This document shows positions 1 to 12,420 of a stretch of DNA of 64,000 nt, piece after piece. This stretch comes from Callorhinchus milii (Eukaryota), in contig NW_024704743.1 of the NCBI RefSeq assembly GCF_018977255.1, forward strand, positions 28,708,001 to 28,772,000, in the 5' to 3' direction. The notes under the pieces are model-generated. The model saw only the letters and a list, made by a program, of their open reading frames with translations, was not told the origin of the DNA and searched no databases. How positions within the stretch are numbered: the stretch's first letter is position 1; every line of letters starts with the position of its first letter. A program made the position numbers and the translations under genes.

Positions 1-1489
1 TCATAGGTATGAAAATCGAGTGCTTTGGGTAAGGCATAGCCTCAGGGGTGGAGGCAATAGTTTGTGTAGTATGCTGTAGTGGAGATGTGTCCCGTAAAGC
101 TCTTTGTTAGTCCACCATGAAATCATTGGGTTACAAATCCAGTAAAATGAGAATTGCACATCCTTCCCCCATACATGAGACTGCTACCTGCTGAGTGTGG
201 AGTGGTACAGGCAGAGGCTGGGAAATGATCAACTATCTTGCTTTCAGCTTCAGAAGATGTCAAGCTGAGGAGACCACAAAGGAAGATAAAAAGGGAAAGA
301 AAAGTAATGAAGAAGAAGTGCCTTCCATGGTTGAGTAAATCAGAACCAAAATATAATTGATAGACTATAACATTTCTCTAGTTAATACATTTTATATCTT
401 ATAAACCATAACATATAGAGTTTATTGGACTCATGATCTGCACAATTTGAATATTTAATTTAGGCCATTTGAAGGATATAATTTGAATTCAGTGGCATAT
501 TATTGAATCCTCTCCAGTTAACTGGCAGAGCTTTGGAGGCTGACTCACAATGCGACTTTTGCAATTTCAGCATCATTAATGTCAATTGAGGCACAGTGTT
601 CCTTTACACTGACGATTAGGATTTCTCATCAGCAAACATGCTCATTAATGGAAAAATCTTTACTTACTTTATTCTCACTTCATTCTGGGGTATCCAACTC
701 TTTGTATTACTGGAGATCTGATAGTTTCCAGAAAAACAATACAAACACAAAAGCATCTTACTGTGGTTAGACACCAAAGATAATGCTGGAAAACTTTGGT
801 GACCTGAATGCAATGCAGAATTTCCCTTTAGAAAGAATTGTTATTTACAGTAAATAGTTGAGTGTTTGATTACTCAATTTCTGTAGCAAGGTCGAAGCCC
901 CCCACCCTCGGTATTGATTCACAGCAGCTTCACAAAGCTCTGAAACACCTTCAAAGGAAAAACACAGCAAAATTACCAAATGTCAGTGTGATGCCTGCAC
1001 CTATTATTTTGGCACCTATTTATCAAATAGCACCTTCTTAGCGCTTGGATATTATTATTTTATATATTTTTTTCATGAGATTGAAGAATTCTGTAAACCT
1101 CCCACTGACTTTCATTCTGCCTGTTCTCTGCCATTGAAAGCCTGAAATATGATCACACACTTACCCAAAGCAAGAGTGAAGGCTTTGTGGGACCGGGTCA
1201 CCAGTCAGGACCATGACTTAAAATAAGTCGAAGTCTGATCTCCCTTTTTATCGAATTTGAATGAAACTGATTGGGCAGCTCTCAAGAGTAATCATTAAAC
1301 TGAGTGAAAACTTGAGGTTTCCAAAACTTATTCAAGATGCACCCTTTAGGTTCGTAAACACTATTTAGTCTCTTATACTATATATATATATTTACACACA
1401 GACACAGACACACACAGACAGAGAAAGGCAAAACTGGACAGTTTGATATATAGTAGAGATATAATTGAAAGTGATTCTATTCAAGTGGT

Positions 1490-1850
1490 ACATCTAGACT
1501 TTTTATAGTCCAGGATGATACTTCAGCAAAATACTGGGGGAGCACTATAGCGTTGGAGATGCCGTCCTTCAAATTACACATTAAACCGTGGTCCCGTTTA
1601 TCTCTTCAGATGGATGCTAAAGATTCCATGATACCATTTAAAACAGAAGAGAGTTTCATCCTATTGACCTGACCAACAAACTCTCCAGATAAATCAATTA
1701 TTCTCTTTGTTGCTGTTTGGATGAACCTTTCTGTGTGAAAATGGCTGCCAGATTTGTTCACAAAACCAGTAATTAAATAGACAGTAATTAATTCTAACAG
1801 GTTTTGAGATATTTTGATGTAATAAAGTGTTGTAAAAACACATATTCTTA
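1490..1850 (+). mobile_element. Degraded DeuSINE-type SINE (family B)
   Basis: Contains gatgccgtccttc...ttaaaccgtggtccc...aaagattccatg, matching the better copies at 47656-48075 and 51141-51562. Confidence 0.7.
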
Positions 1851-2405
1851 TCAGTGACAGCTAAGATTGTCTCAGTACCAAAAGCCGAGAAATGTTTAAA
1901 ACATTTTTCATCCCTTAGTCCCATTTTATCTAATTCTTCCAGAATACCTTCTCTTTCCATCATAGCATCAAGCTGTGTTTTTTTTAAAATGAGTCTAATG
2001 TCCTGGCCTGGCCTCAAACGCCCTTCCTGGTAACCTGTTCCAGCCATTACTTATGCCCTGGGTGAAGAAATACTTCCTGGTGTCTGTCCTGAAATTGTCC
2101 TTTGTAACTCTAAACTCTAAACCTTTTGTTCTGTTATCTCAATGCATTTGAAAGAATGATTCTGGATTCAGTTTCACAATCCTACTAAGAAACTTTTGTA
2201 CCTCTAGATTCAGAGACATCTCCTTTCAAGAGTGAAGTGCTCTAGTTTGTCTCATCATTGCTTATAGTTAGCACATTCCTCTAAAACTGAGGATCATCTT
2301 TGTTCAGGGTCTGTCCAGCCCTCTTCTGTCGTGGTGACCAGAATGTTGCACTGTGGCTTGATCAGAGAGAGTGATATTTAGCATTGGCATGATTTCTGGA
2401 AATCT

Positions 2406-2762
2406 GGAGTCCTGTAGCTCAGTGGTTAGAGCACTCACCTCGCAAGCAAGAGACCTGGGTTCGATTCCCGACTGGGCAAAACAATGGGCAAGTTTCCTCA
2501 TTCCACATGTTTATCTAGCAGTAAGTAGGAACCCGGTTGTTAGTCAATTAGCGGATCGCTTTTTTGGGGGTACTAATTGCTTAAAAAAATTAATAAATTG
2601 GTCACTCAATCTGTTTGTGGGACACTGCTTTGCGCAATTGGCTGCTGCGTTTCACCCACAAAATATATAATCAATTTATTTGACAGTATATTCTCTGAAG
2701 CGCTTGGAGAAGTCTCAAAGATGCGATAAGGCTCTATATCAAATGCAAGGGTTATTATTATT
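2406..2762 (+). mobile_element. Full-length tRNA-derived SINE (family A: tRNA-like head, CORE-like middle, L2-type tail)
   Basis: Pol III A box (tagctcagtgg) and B box (ggttcgattcc), gggcaagtttcct segment, 3' tail ...ctatatcaaatgcaagg+(tta)n. Apparent 4-bp TSD atct. Confidence 0.9.
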
Positions 2763-2771
2763 ATCTAAACT

Positions 2772-3498
2772 TCCAGAGGACTTGGGTGTCCTTGTACACC
2801 AATCACAGAAAGTTAGTCTGCAGGTGCAGCAGCAATTAGGAAGGCGAACGCTATGTTAGCATTCATTATGAAAGGATTAGAGTATAAGAGTAGGGAAGTC
2901 TTGCTGCAACTGTATAGGGCCCTGGTGAGACCACATCTGGAATACTGTGTGCAGTTTTGGTGTCCTTATTAAAGGAAGCATGTACTTGCCTTGAGGGGGT
3001 GCAGCGTAGATTTACTAGGTTAGTACCAGGGATGAAGGGGATGAATTATGAGGATAGGCTGACCAATATGGGCCTATATTCTCCAGAATATAGAAGAATT
3101 AGAGGGGATCTTATAGAAACCTATAAGATCATCAAAGGGCATGATAGAGTAGATAGTGGGAGATTGTTTTCCCTGGTTGGAGAAACTAAAACCAGGGGTT
3201 ACAACCTTAAAATCAGAGGCCAACCCTTTCACACTGAGTTGAGGAAGAACTTCTTCACTCAAAGGGTGGTGAATGTATGGACCTCACTACCCCAAAGGGC
3301 TGTTGACGCTCAGTCCTTGAACATATTCAAGACTGAGATAGATAGATTTCTTATTGCAAAAGGGATTAAGGGATATGGGGATAAGGCAGGGTCAGGTTAT
3401 TAGCTGGAGTTAGATTAGAAGATCAGCCATGATTGAATGGTGGGCCAGGCTCAAAGGGCCGAATGGCCTACTCCTGCTCCTACATGTTATGTTATGTT
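2772..3498 (+). mobile_element. 5'-truncated CR1 LINE (C-terminal ORF2 and 3' UTR)
   Basis: ORF 2957..3403 has CR1 motifs LEGVQRRFTRLVPGM, RRIRGDLIETYKI and NFFTQRVVNVW, with upstream frameshifts. (TGTTA)n tail and TSD aaact. Confidence 0.95.
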
Positions 3499-4239
3499 AA
3501 ACTCAACTGATTTAGCAATAATAGCCCAGCGCCCTGTTTGCCTTATTTATTGTTGTTTCACACACTTTTGAGATAGTGAGCAATGAATCAACTGACATCT
3601 CCAGATCCTTTTCAGCTTCTCCCTTTGTAAGTTCTACCCTATCCATGACTTGTGCTTCCTAGTCTTCCTTTCTATATATAGTCCCTTGTATTCATCTGTA
3701 TTGATCTTTACTTGCTAGTATCAGATTTTTCAGCCATGTCTGGGGACAACTCATGCATCTCTTTAGTTGTCCATTAAAGTAGAGCAACATCTGGAATTAA
3801 AGGAGGCAGCCAAGATCTTACAAAGAGAGCTCGGAAGAGTATGCTCCGAGACTGATATGTAATATGGGTCAATTCAAGGAACTGTATATAGGAAGTAACA
3901 ACAGGTGACACAAGTACTCTGTGCATGGGATAGAATTTACTGAGGGTCAGTGTGAAGGTCAATTTTAGGAGGTATGCCAGGAAGTATTTCTTTACCCAGA
4001 GGGTAATTAACAGCTGGAATGAACCTCTAGGAAATGTGGTTGAACATCTCTGGGGCCCCTGGGTTCAATTATAAGAAACAGCTTGATACTATAATAGGAG
4101 GACAGCAGGGTGAGATCACCTACAGGGTCTCCTTTTTTGTAAGATTTTGAATGTTTAATGAAAATAATAGTGCAATGAGAGCACACAGCACTGAGTTATT
4201 ATTGGCTTGGTAATTAGATAAATATAGCACTGCGCAGAA

Positions 4240-4800
4240 ATATACTTAAATTCACATACAGAGTTGTATTCACACAATTAAACAGACGCAAAGCAATGTG
4301 CCCACATACACTTAAACACATGCACAGAGCTGTGCACATGTATACTTAATAATAATAATCCTTGCATTTGAAATAGTGCCTTATTCTGTTTTCGAGATGT
4401 CTCAAAGCGCTTCTCAGAAGTGAATTGACTGTATATTTTTGTGGGTGAAACACGGCAGCCAATTGCACGCAGCAGTGTCCCACAAACAGTCGTGGATTGA
4501 GTGACCAAATTATTATTTATTTATTGAAGGGCTTATTACCCCTGGAAAAGCAATCCGCCAATCGACTAACAACCAGGTTCCTACTTAATGCTGGATGAAC
4601 AGAGGCATGTGGAGTGAGGAAACTTGCCTAACGTTTGCTCTGCCTGGGACTCAAATTTAAGTCTCTCACTTGCGAGGTGAGTGCTCTAGAGGCAAGCACA
4701 GTGGTGCCTACATGTACACTTAAACACATACACAGAACTCTGCACACACAGAATTAAAGACACATTCAGAACTACACACACCTTCACTTAAACACACGCT
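4240..4800. repeat. Degenerate ~34-bp CA-rich tandem repeat (cacttaaacacatacacagagctgtgcaca...) split by a SINE
   Basis: Repeated acttaaacaca...cacaga units on both sides of the 4347-4688 SINE. Confidence 0.55.
4347..4688 (-). mobile_element. Family A SINE, near full length
   Basis: aataataatccttgcatttg tail through ...gtgaggaaacttgcc...gagtgctcta head; reverse complement of 2406-2762. Confidence 0.9.
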
Positions 4801-5204
4801 CATATAACATGTTATTTACAAGCAAATTCAATACCAAATTGGGTAAAAAACTGTAGATCAGTAAAGGCTGGCTTGTGGTCTGTGATTTGCATTCTGACAT
4901 TTCTTCAGACATTGGACCTTTTCATGCCTGACAAATGACCTGAAAGCAAAATCCGGCCGCGATCGCAACTTGGAATTTTCACATCCTGAAACCAAAAACT
5001 ACTAGCCACCAGCTTTTGACCATCATTTAGGAAGTACAGTCTTTCCTGAAACTAAACTGTGTGTGACCTGTCCATAGCTTTAATATATAACCCTGATATT
5101 CAACATCATGAATGAACCAACACAATGTAAAGGGAATCAAGTCTAGATTTTGTTGAATGGTAATACTCATATCTTAAATAAACACTCCTGATATTTTCAT
5201 CTCC

Positions 5205-6020
5205 ATTGGTAAGATCACAAGATTGGTTTGGATGAAGAAGGTCCTTTGGCTCATTTGATCTCATCCTTTCAGATCATCTACCCTACCACCTTCCCATCAA
5301 AGCATCAAGCTATTTTTTAAATGAGTACAGTGTCCTGGCCTCAACCACATTTCTGGCAACATGTTCCAGTCGTTTAAGACCTGCTAGCTTAAAAAAAAAT
5401 TCTGGTTTCCCCCTTGAAATTGCCGTTTGCATCCCTAAACCCATATCCTCTTGTTCTACTGTCTTGTCACATCATAAAATATTGATTTAGGTTTACTATT
5501 TCAATCCCATTAAAAATGTTATATATCTCTATAAGATGCCCTCTGAGTCGTTTTCCCTGAAAGATTAAACAGCTCTAGCTTGTCTAATCACTGCTCATGG
5601 CTCAGTCCTCAAATGCTAGGGATCATCCTTGTTGCTCTCCTATGCACTGCCTGAGAGCCTTGGCAGTGCCCTGTGTCACAGTAACCAGAACTTTATGCAA
5701 CACTCGAGTTGGAGCCTGGTCAGAGCACTATACAGCTTGAGTACGACATCTGGGGACTTGAATTCAATTGATTTGGTACCCTATTTACTTTGTTTATTGC
5801 TGTCTCACACTATTTTAACATGATGAGTCAACACCTCAAGATCTTGTTCAGCTTCTCCCTTAGCAAATTCTATTCCACCCACAGAGTACTTAAGTTTCTT
5901 ATTTAATATCTGTAGTATCTTGTATTTATCTGTATTAAAATTAATTTGTCAGATATCAAACACCTTTTCAAAGTCTAAATACACAGCATCATATGGCTTC
6001 CCATAGTCAACATAGCTGCT
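5205..6020 (-). mobile_element. Old CR1-clade LINE 3' fragment
   Basis: Degenerate reverse-strand CR1 ORF2 C-terminal and 3' UTR motifs. Related fragments at ~3830-4130, 6290-6520, 9030-9330, 12810-13560 and 20040-20450. Confidence 0.65.
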
Positions 6021-7289
6021 GATCTGCCATTGCCTGCATCTTAAATATTGGCCAGTTATACTGGTTGAATCAGATGAACAATTTATTCATCTCCAGAAAT
6101 TACAATGTGTGAAATAGAACATCCATTTTCATTCTTCATACCACTGAACAACTGAAAGTCAGCTCAGTGACCATAGAAAATGTGACTCAAATTGTTATCT
6201 CCAACTGCAGTACGGACTTGCAAGTTGAACCTGGTTAATCTGAAGAGCAGCAAAGAAGCTTAGAAAGAGAAAGTTATGAAGAATCATGTCGGCAAACATT
6301 AAGGTCACGGGTACAGGGTTGTGAAGGGTAAAATTAGGATACATATTGGGACATATATCTTTATACTGAGAGTAAATGATAGCTGGAATAGATGTTTAGG
6401 ATGTGTTGCAGAGACCAGGCCACTGGATTCACTAAAAATAGTTTAATGGAATAATTGGTAGACAGTAGGGTAGGTATGCTGGAAAGATTAGATCAAAGGG
6501 CCAAATTACTTTCTTTAACCTAACCTCAATTTTTNCCTTCAGTCTGATGTCTGTTAAGTGCAAAACCCCATCAGGATGTTTAAGAGTACCTAAAACTGGA
6601 CTTGATTATGTTCACAGCTTATCCATTTTAAGACCTTTATTGTCAACTCTGTGCTTCCCAAGTAGAGTCTTAAGTGGCTGTCACACTCCAGTTATTAAAT
6701 CTTACCAACTCACTTGCAATGCTTGAATGGAGTCATTCTTTCAGATGGACATCAAAGATCTCATGGCATTGTTCAAAAAGAAACTCCTTTAGATAGTGTC
6801 ATAGGATTTTTTATTCCACCTGAACAGGCAAATGGGACCTCAGTTTAATGTCTCATCCGAAGCTCCAAAAATGTAGGAATCCTCTAGCATTGTATCGAGT
6901 TTCCACTTAAGACTATGTGAGTTAGTGTCCTAATATACGGCTTGAACCCACAACTGTCTGACTGAGAGGCAAGAGTGCTACCAACTGAGCCAGGTTCACA
7001 CCATTAATCAGATTGATGGGGTCTGGGGAAGAGCAAGCACTCATGGTGATGCAGATGGGACCTTGTTCTAAAAGATAGAGGTAAAGACAGTAGTGGTATA
7101 TAACGGGATCAGTTACACCCAGGTCAAGCTGAATCACATGTATCATTATGCTTAACTAGCTGGTTGAAACCCCAGAGTCATTTTTAATGAAATTCTGGAA
7201 ATAACTTTATATTCAGAAATGGGGAGGGAAACTAGGTCACTCTTATGTCAATCTGCCTAGTAATCTAATGTACTCTTGATTCCAGGTTC

Positions 7290-8060
7290 ACTGATGTTCT
7301 GTTCACTTGCCTGTCAGACATCAAGGCTTGCATGAGCCTTAATTTCTTGTAGTTTAACATGGACAAGATAAAAGCCATCTTCTTCAGCTCATTTCTGGTC
7401 TGACCTCTTCAGCATTCCTAACTTCTCTCTCTTTAACTCTCCAAACCAGTGCACAAACTTGGGTTTGATTCAATCCTCATTTCTCCTTTCTTCCTCACCA
7501 TTCACCCCTGACCAAGAACATCTTTCTTCACTTTTGCTAGATTGCTTGCCCTTGCCCTGATCTCGTATCAAATGCCATGAAAACCCTCATTCATCTCCTA
7601 ACTGGCCTTCTCAAATGCACAAATGCACTTCTTGTGGGTCTCCTTATGGATCAACTCCACCCTTCACCCTCACCTATAAATTCCTAGCACCTCTGTATCT
7701 TTGTGATCTTCTCTTAGCTTACTATTCTGCTCATCCCCTCCACTCAGCTAACTTGGGCATGCTGCATGTCCCCTACCCTTTCAGCCCTACCATCAGTGAC
7801 TGAGCCTCCAGCAACTACTCTCATAACCTGTGGAACTCCCTCCCTCTATCCCTTCATCTCTCCCGTCCCCATCTGCTTAAGTCTCACCTATCCCCTCCGT
7901 TTTTAAATCTTAGCCTAAAAAGCTATTTCTTTGACCATGCCTACATTCACCTACCCATTTCCTCTCCCCGCCTCCTGTGCTTGGTATCAGACTCCATTTT
8001 AGTGAAGTGCTCCGAGACATTATCAGTAGCAAACTTTTATATAAATTTTAAATGATATTG
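7290..8060 (+). mobile_element. Old L2 LINE 3' fragment
   Basis: gcctgtcagacatcaagg... and tgtggaactccctccc..., colinear with the younger L2 at 45525-46765. Confidence 0.7.
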
Positions 8061-8640
8061 TCCCTGGTACCAAAGCCTAGGATGTTTCTACAGTCAAGTC
8101 CTTCAGAACGTGAGGACCACCACATTACCATTTTGGTGTGCATCTCATGTTATGATTTGACCAAATTCACATTCAACCCAAGAAGCATCCAGTGCTAGGA
8201 TGTACCTCAGGAGACACACGTGTAAAGTCCGATATTTTAAAGAAAAATTACTTTTCAGGGCTTTCAGCAATTAATGGGCTAAGCCACCCCCCCCCCCCCC
8301 CCCCCACACACACACCACACACCGAAATAAGACTATAGAAAAGATCGTAAATTCATGACTTTGAACTTCAGCCACGGGTTCCTCTATCCTGGTCTCACAA
8401 TGATTGTACAGAGATGTAGCCAATCCCATCAGCTGATTTTGGGGGTTAATGAGTGAAGTAATATTTCCACCACAGAATTAGACACATGAAATGGAGGAAC
8501 ATTTTTAAAGAAAATGTTGAGCTTATTCGGGTATTGCAAATAATATGCAATCTGACTGAATGTCATCAGGTCAAGAGACAAAGAATAACTATTTATAACT
8601 GGATTTGCATGTAAAAGCGTTAACTGTATCCTTGAAAGGT

Positions 8641-8958
8641 ATAATAATAATAATAATCCTTGCATTTGATATAGCGCGTTTTGTGTCTTCTAGACGTCTA
8701 AAGCACTTCACAGAATATGCTGTAAAGTGAATTGACTGTATATTTGTGAGCGAAACGTGGCAGCCAATTGCGCACAGCAGTGTCCCACAAATAGTCGTGG
8801 ATTGAAAATGATCAATTTATCATTGTTTTGTTTTGGGGGGATTATTATTAGGCGTGTGGAGTAAGGAAACTTGCCCAAGGTTTCGCCCTGCCTGGAATTG
8901 AACCCAAGTGTCTCGCTTGCAAGGCGAGTGCTCTAACCACTGAGCTACAGGACTCCAC
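8641..8958 (-). mobile_element. Family A SINE, short subfamily (internal deletion)
   Basis: Full head (…ctacaggactccac) and tail. ggggattattattaggcgtgtggagtaagg junction shared with 56238-56550 and 59853-60164. Confidence 0.92.
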
Positions 8959-10920
8959 ATATACAATGAGCAAAACTAGGATTTGACAACAAATCACAAG
9001 GACAACAAGGTACTGGGCATGAACTTGTGTATAACGCAATTGCCTTTCCAGGTAAGACCTTCCAGTAGTTAATTACCTTCTGGGTAATGAAATACTTCCT
9101 GGTGTTCATCATATTGACCTTCACAACCTGAAAGTGCCCTCTTGTTCTGCTGCCTAGGGTGTAGATAAATGTGTTCTCAGATCTATATAGAATCTCATTG
9201 CCTCTATAAGGTTCCTTCATAGAAATCTATTCACAAGGCTAACAAGCCCTAATTTTATCTAATTGTTTCTCTTAATTCACCCTTCTAACACAAGAGGCTA
9301 TTCTTGTTGCTACCATCTGCAACTGCTTCATAATATCTGATTCCTATTGTGAAATGAATACTTTACAGTTCTACTAATAAAAAAATATTTTTTACAAGTA
9401 CAATCTGCATTATATCTAAATCATGGTATCTGCAGAAATGAGACTGATTTACTGTTGAGGTTGCATTTCATTTTTTTTTAGTCACACTCTAACGTCATGT
9501 CAGTGCAGGTTTGTTCCATGTACAATCTCAATATCAATATATCTTTCTAGAATAAATGTCTGAATTCGCTTATAACCTAGTGTATTTCCCCTACATTGTG
9601 CTCACTCCCTTCAGATAGAGGATTATAATGGCTCATTGTGTCTTGTAACTTACCCATGTTGCATAGTCAAATAAGAGAAACTTGAAAGTATTATATTTTT
9701 TAAAAAACTAAGTAAATAGGTGAGAATAAGTTAATGTGTCACAAAAAATTCCATTTGATTTTCAAAATGAGGATTTGTGCAACATTTATGCTTTCTCCTT
9801 TTACATTCCCTGCTGTTCACACTCACTTCTGACATTCCTTTTCAACAGAGAGGGGAAGGACCTGTCTAAGCCACAGACTCACCAACATTCTAGTTTTGTA
9901 CTCAACAGAAATGTCCATCAGAGATAAAATAATGTTCTTTTGGTCAGCCAGTAGTCTGACACATATGGAAACCCATCATCATGTTTTAGAGTCTCCAAAC
10001 CAAGCTATTGTGAGCTCCACATATATATGGTATACATTTGTCTGGTATGGAGAGCGGATTCTTTCCCCCAAGCCACACATCCTGCTGATCTTCTCCAGGA
10101 AAATTTAGGGGCAGGTTGACAAGAGCCATAACTTGGGAACCCCAGTATTCATTGAGGTACTGCTGGAGTTTAACCAACTTGAATCCAAACAGCTTTCCAT
10201 TGTGAACATTGGCATTGGCATGCTTCCTGCTGGTTGTCCAGAGAGCACCTGGATCTGTTGGAATTTTAGCTTGTAGGGTTAACAGGAGCCAACTGGGAAT
10301 AATCCCAGAAACCAGTGTCTTTTCTTCTCTTCAAGTTCTGTTGATGATCTGGGTTGGTTAGTCTGCTATTGGCAGTGCTTTGGTGCATTGCAACTGCCTG
10401 GCTCAGGACCTGGACCACTGAGACCGCTATACAGTGTCAACTTGATTACAATATTCCATTGCCAGGTATGCCAACCTAGGGCCAAATCAGCTCCCCTACC
10501 CCATGTATTTATTAGGGGTTAAAATAAAAGAAAGTAGATATTCTTTCACCAGGGCTCAGTATCTTTCATTTCGGATACCTGAAATAACAGGGTCTTGAGC
10601 TTGCTCTGAATGATACCGTACGTGTTTTCCATCTCTAGCAGGAGAGGAAGTTTAACCCACAGCACAGTGGAAGCAATGTTATGTTACAGCTTGACTGACA
10701 GTATCGCAAAGGATCCTTTTTGTTGTGAGTCCACCGCATGCTGATAACAACTGCAGAGGGTGTAGGTTCGACGCAACAGCAGTCTTAGAGGTGAAGTGCT
10801 ATCTTGTGACCTTTTAGTGGCAACATTCCTTCGGACAGGGTAAATAGTGCTAGTGATCAGAACCAGTTACATTCCCATTCCCATTGACAGTTTCCTATGA
10901 AGGGAGTCACAGAATTATCA

Positions 10921-11290
10921 CAATACAATATTAACATTTGCATGGTGCCTTTCACGTCGGGAGGACCTTCCAAGGTGCTGGACAGTCAAGGATTTGGACC
11001 CGAGCAGGGTGTTAGGATCTGGAGGGGTGGAGGGCAGGGAAGGTAGGGGTAGGAGGGTGACTGAAGGCGCGATCAAAAAGGAAGGTCTTAAAGACGTGTC
11101 TTGAAGGACGCAAGGAAGGGAGAAGGCGAAGGGACTGTGCGGTATAGTTCCAAAGGGTGGGGGCAGAGAGGCTGCAGGCCCACATGCTGATGGTGGGGCA
11201 GGCCGGGCGGGAGATGTGAAGCTGGCCAGAGCCTGCTGAGCGGAGGGAGCGGACAGGTTGATTGGGGTTAGCAGGTCACAGAGGTAACAA
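10921..11290 (-). mobile_element. L2 LINE 3' end
   Basis: caatacaa tail, tttcacgtcgggaggac...aagg stem, and degenerate DLLTP...RAF..SAP..WN coding remnant. Confidence 0.85.
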
Positions 11291-12126
11291 TAGAAGAAGA
11301 GGTGGATTTTCCTAAACCATGGATAAAGTTTAGTGGCAATGGCCCAACCAGTCTTTTTTTCCCCACTGCACACACAGGAAACTGTGATACACTTATTTGT
11401 GAGTCTGGATTGTAATTTGAATAATTTCTAGCAATTTTTACCAAAGGAATACATCTAAAAAGAGGGTGTGGATAACAATCAAATATATCATCAAATAATT
11501 AATTCAATTGTGCATCCTCTAAAGGAACTAACAATTGATGACATTGCATTAACAATAGATTGAAATAGCAAATGTGTTCCGGCAATAAATTACATCAGAT
11601 AATATCTGACAAGAGTTGCATCGTATGTTCATTGGTGTAGTTGCTGTTGGGGAGATCACCATTAGGGCAAATCCCCCCATACTGTGACAGTTTCCATTTT
11701 ACTATCAACCTCTTCAATTTAGATTGATAGGAAACAGCAGTTTTGAGCAAACTATTGCACTCAGCGGCTAAGGACTATTTGCAAACTTTGCAACCCCGCA
11801 TCCCAGGGCGAAATTATTTCGATTACTATCCCTGTTGGAACTAGTTTTGAACCTCTGAGGAGTTAAGACTGAGTTACTGTATTGAGCAGGTCTCCTCGAT
11901 CGAATACATTAATGAGTCAAGAATGTAGCACCTGCAAATTAGGAGTGGTGACACTAACTGTCACTTTCTGATCGCAGCCTCTTTTTGGCCTGTTTCTTAA
12001 CAGGGAAAAGAACTGAAATGTCTGAGAAAGGACGGAAAGTAACCCACTGGCCATAAAATATCATTTTTCTTCATTTTTTCCCCTAGCAAATTTCTGTTGC
12101 TTTCAATCCCTGATGTATGTATTAGG

Positions 12127-12420
12127 GTCAGCCTGGTTCAGTTGGTAGCCTCTGACTCATAAGGTTGTAGATTTTAGCCCTTCAGGGCTTTGAATGCACA
12201 GCCTATGCTGTCACTCCAATGCATTACTGGGGGTGAGCTTGTCAGAGGTGCCATCATTTGGATAAGATGTTAAACCACTCTGCCTGTTCAGGTGGACGAT
12301 GAAGATCCTATTGCACTATTCAAAAAGAGAAGGGAGCTTTTCCTGGTGCCCTGTCCAACAATCCCGAAGATAAAATTTGTTTATACATTTCATGGCTGCT
12401 TGTGGGACATTGTAGTGTGC
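12127..12420 (+). mobile_element. DeuSINE-type SINE (family B), 3'-incomplete
   Basis: gtcagcctggttcagttggtagc head. Deu-like ggtgccatc...gatgttaaacc...caggtggac...aagatcc. Confidence 0.8.

Larger units (their letters stand above)
1905..3720 (-). mobile_element. Old CR1-clade LINE 3' fragment, interrupted by a SINE and a younger CR1
   Basis: Colinear similarity to the fragment at 5205-6020 on both sides of the 2406-3498 insertions (e.g. aaatacttcctgg; gaccagaatgttgca; ctggaaatct|aaactcaactgatt). Confidence 0.7.

Noticed and set aside
2406..2480. tRNA gene (also at 37394, 32053 and 56480)
   Set aside because: A and B boxes are present, but there is no closing acceptor stem and each runs into a SINE body, so these are SINE heads.
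2406..3498. SINE-CR1 chimeric retrotranscript
   Set aside because: Each part has its own apparent target-site duplication.
6535..6535. Single N base
   Set aside because: Assembly ambiguity, not a biological feature.
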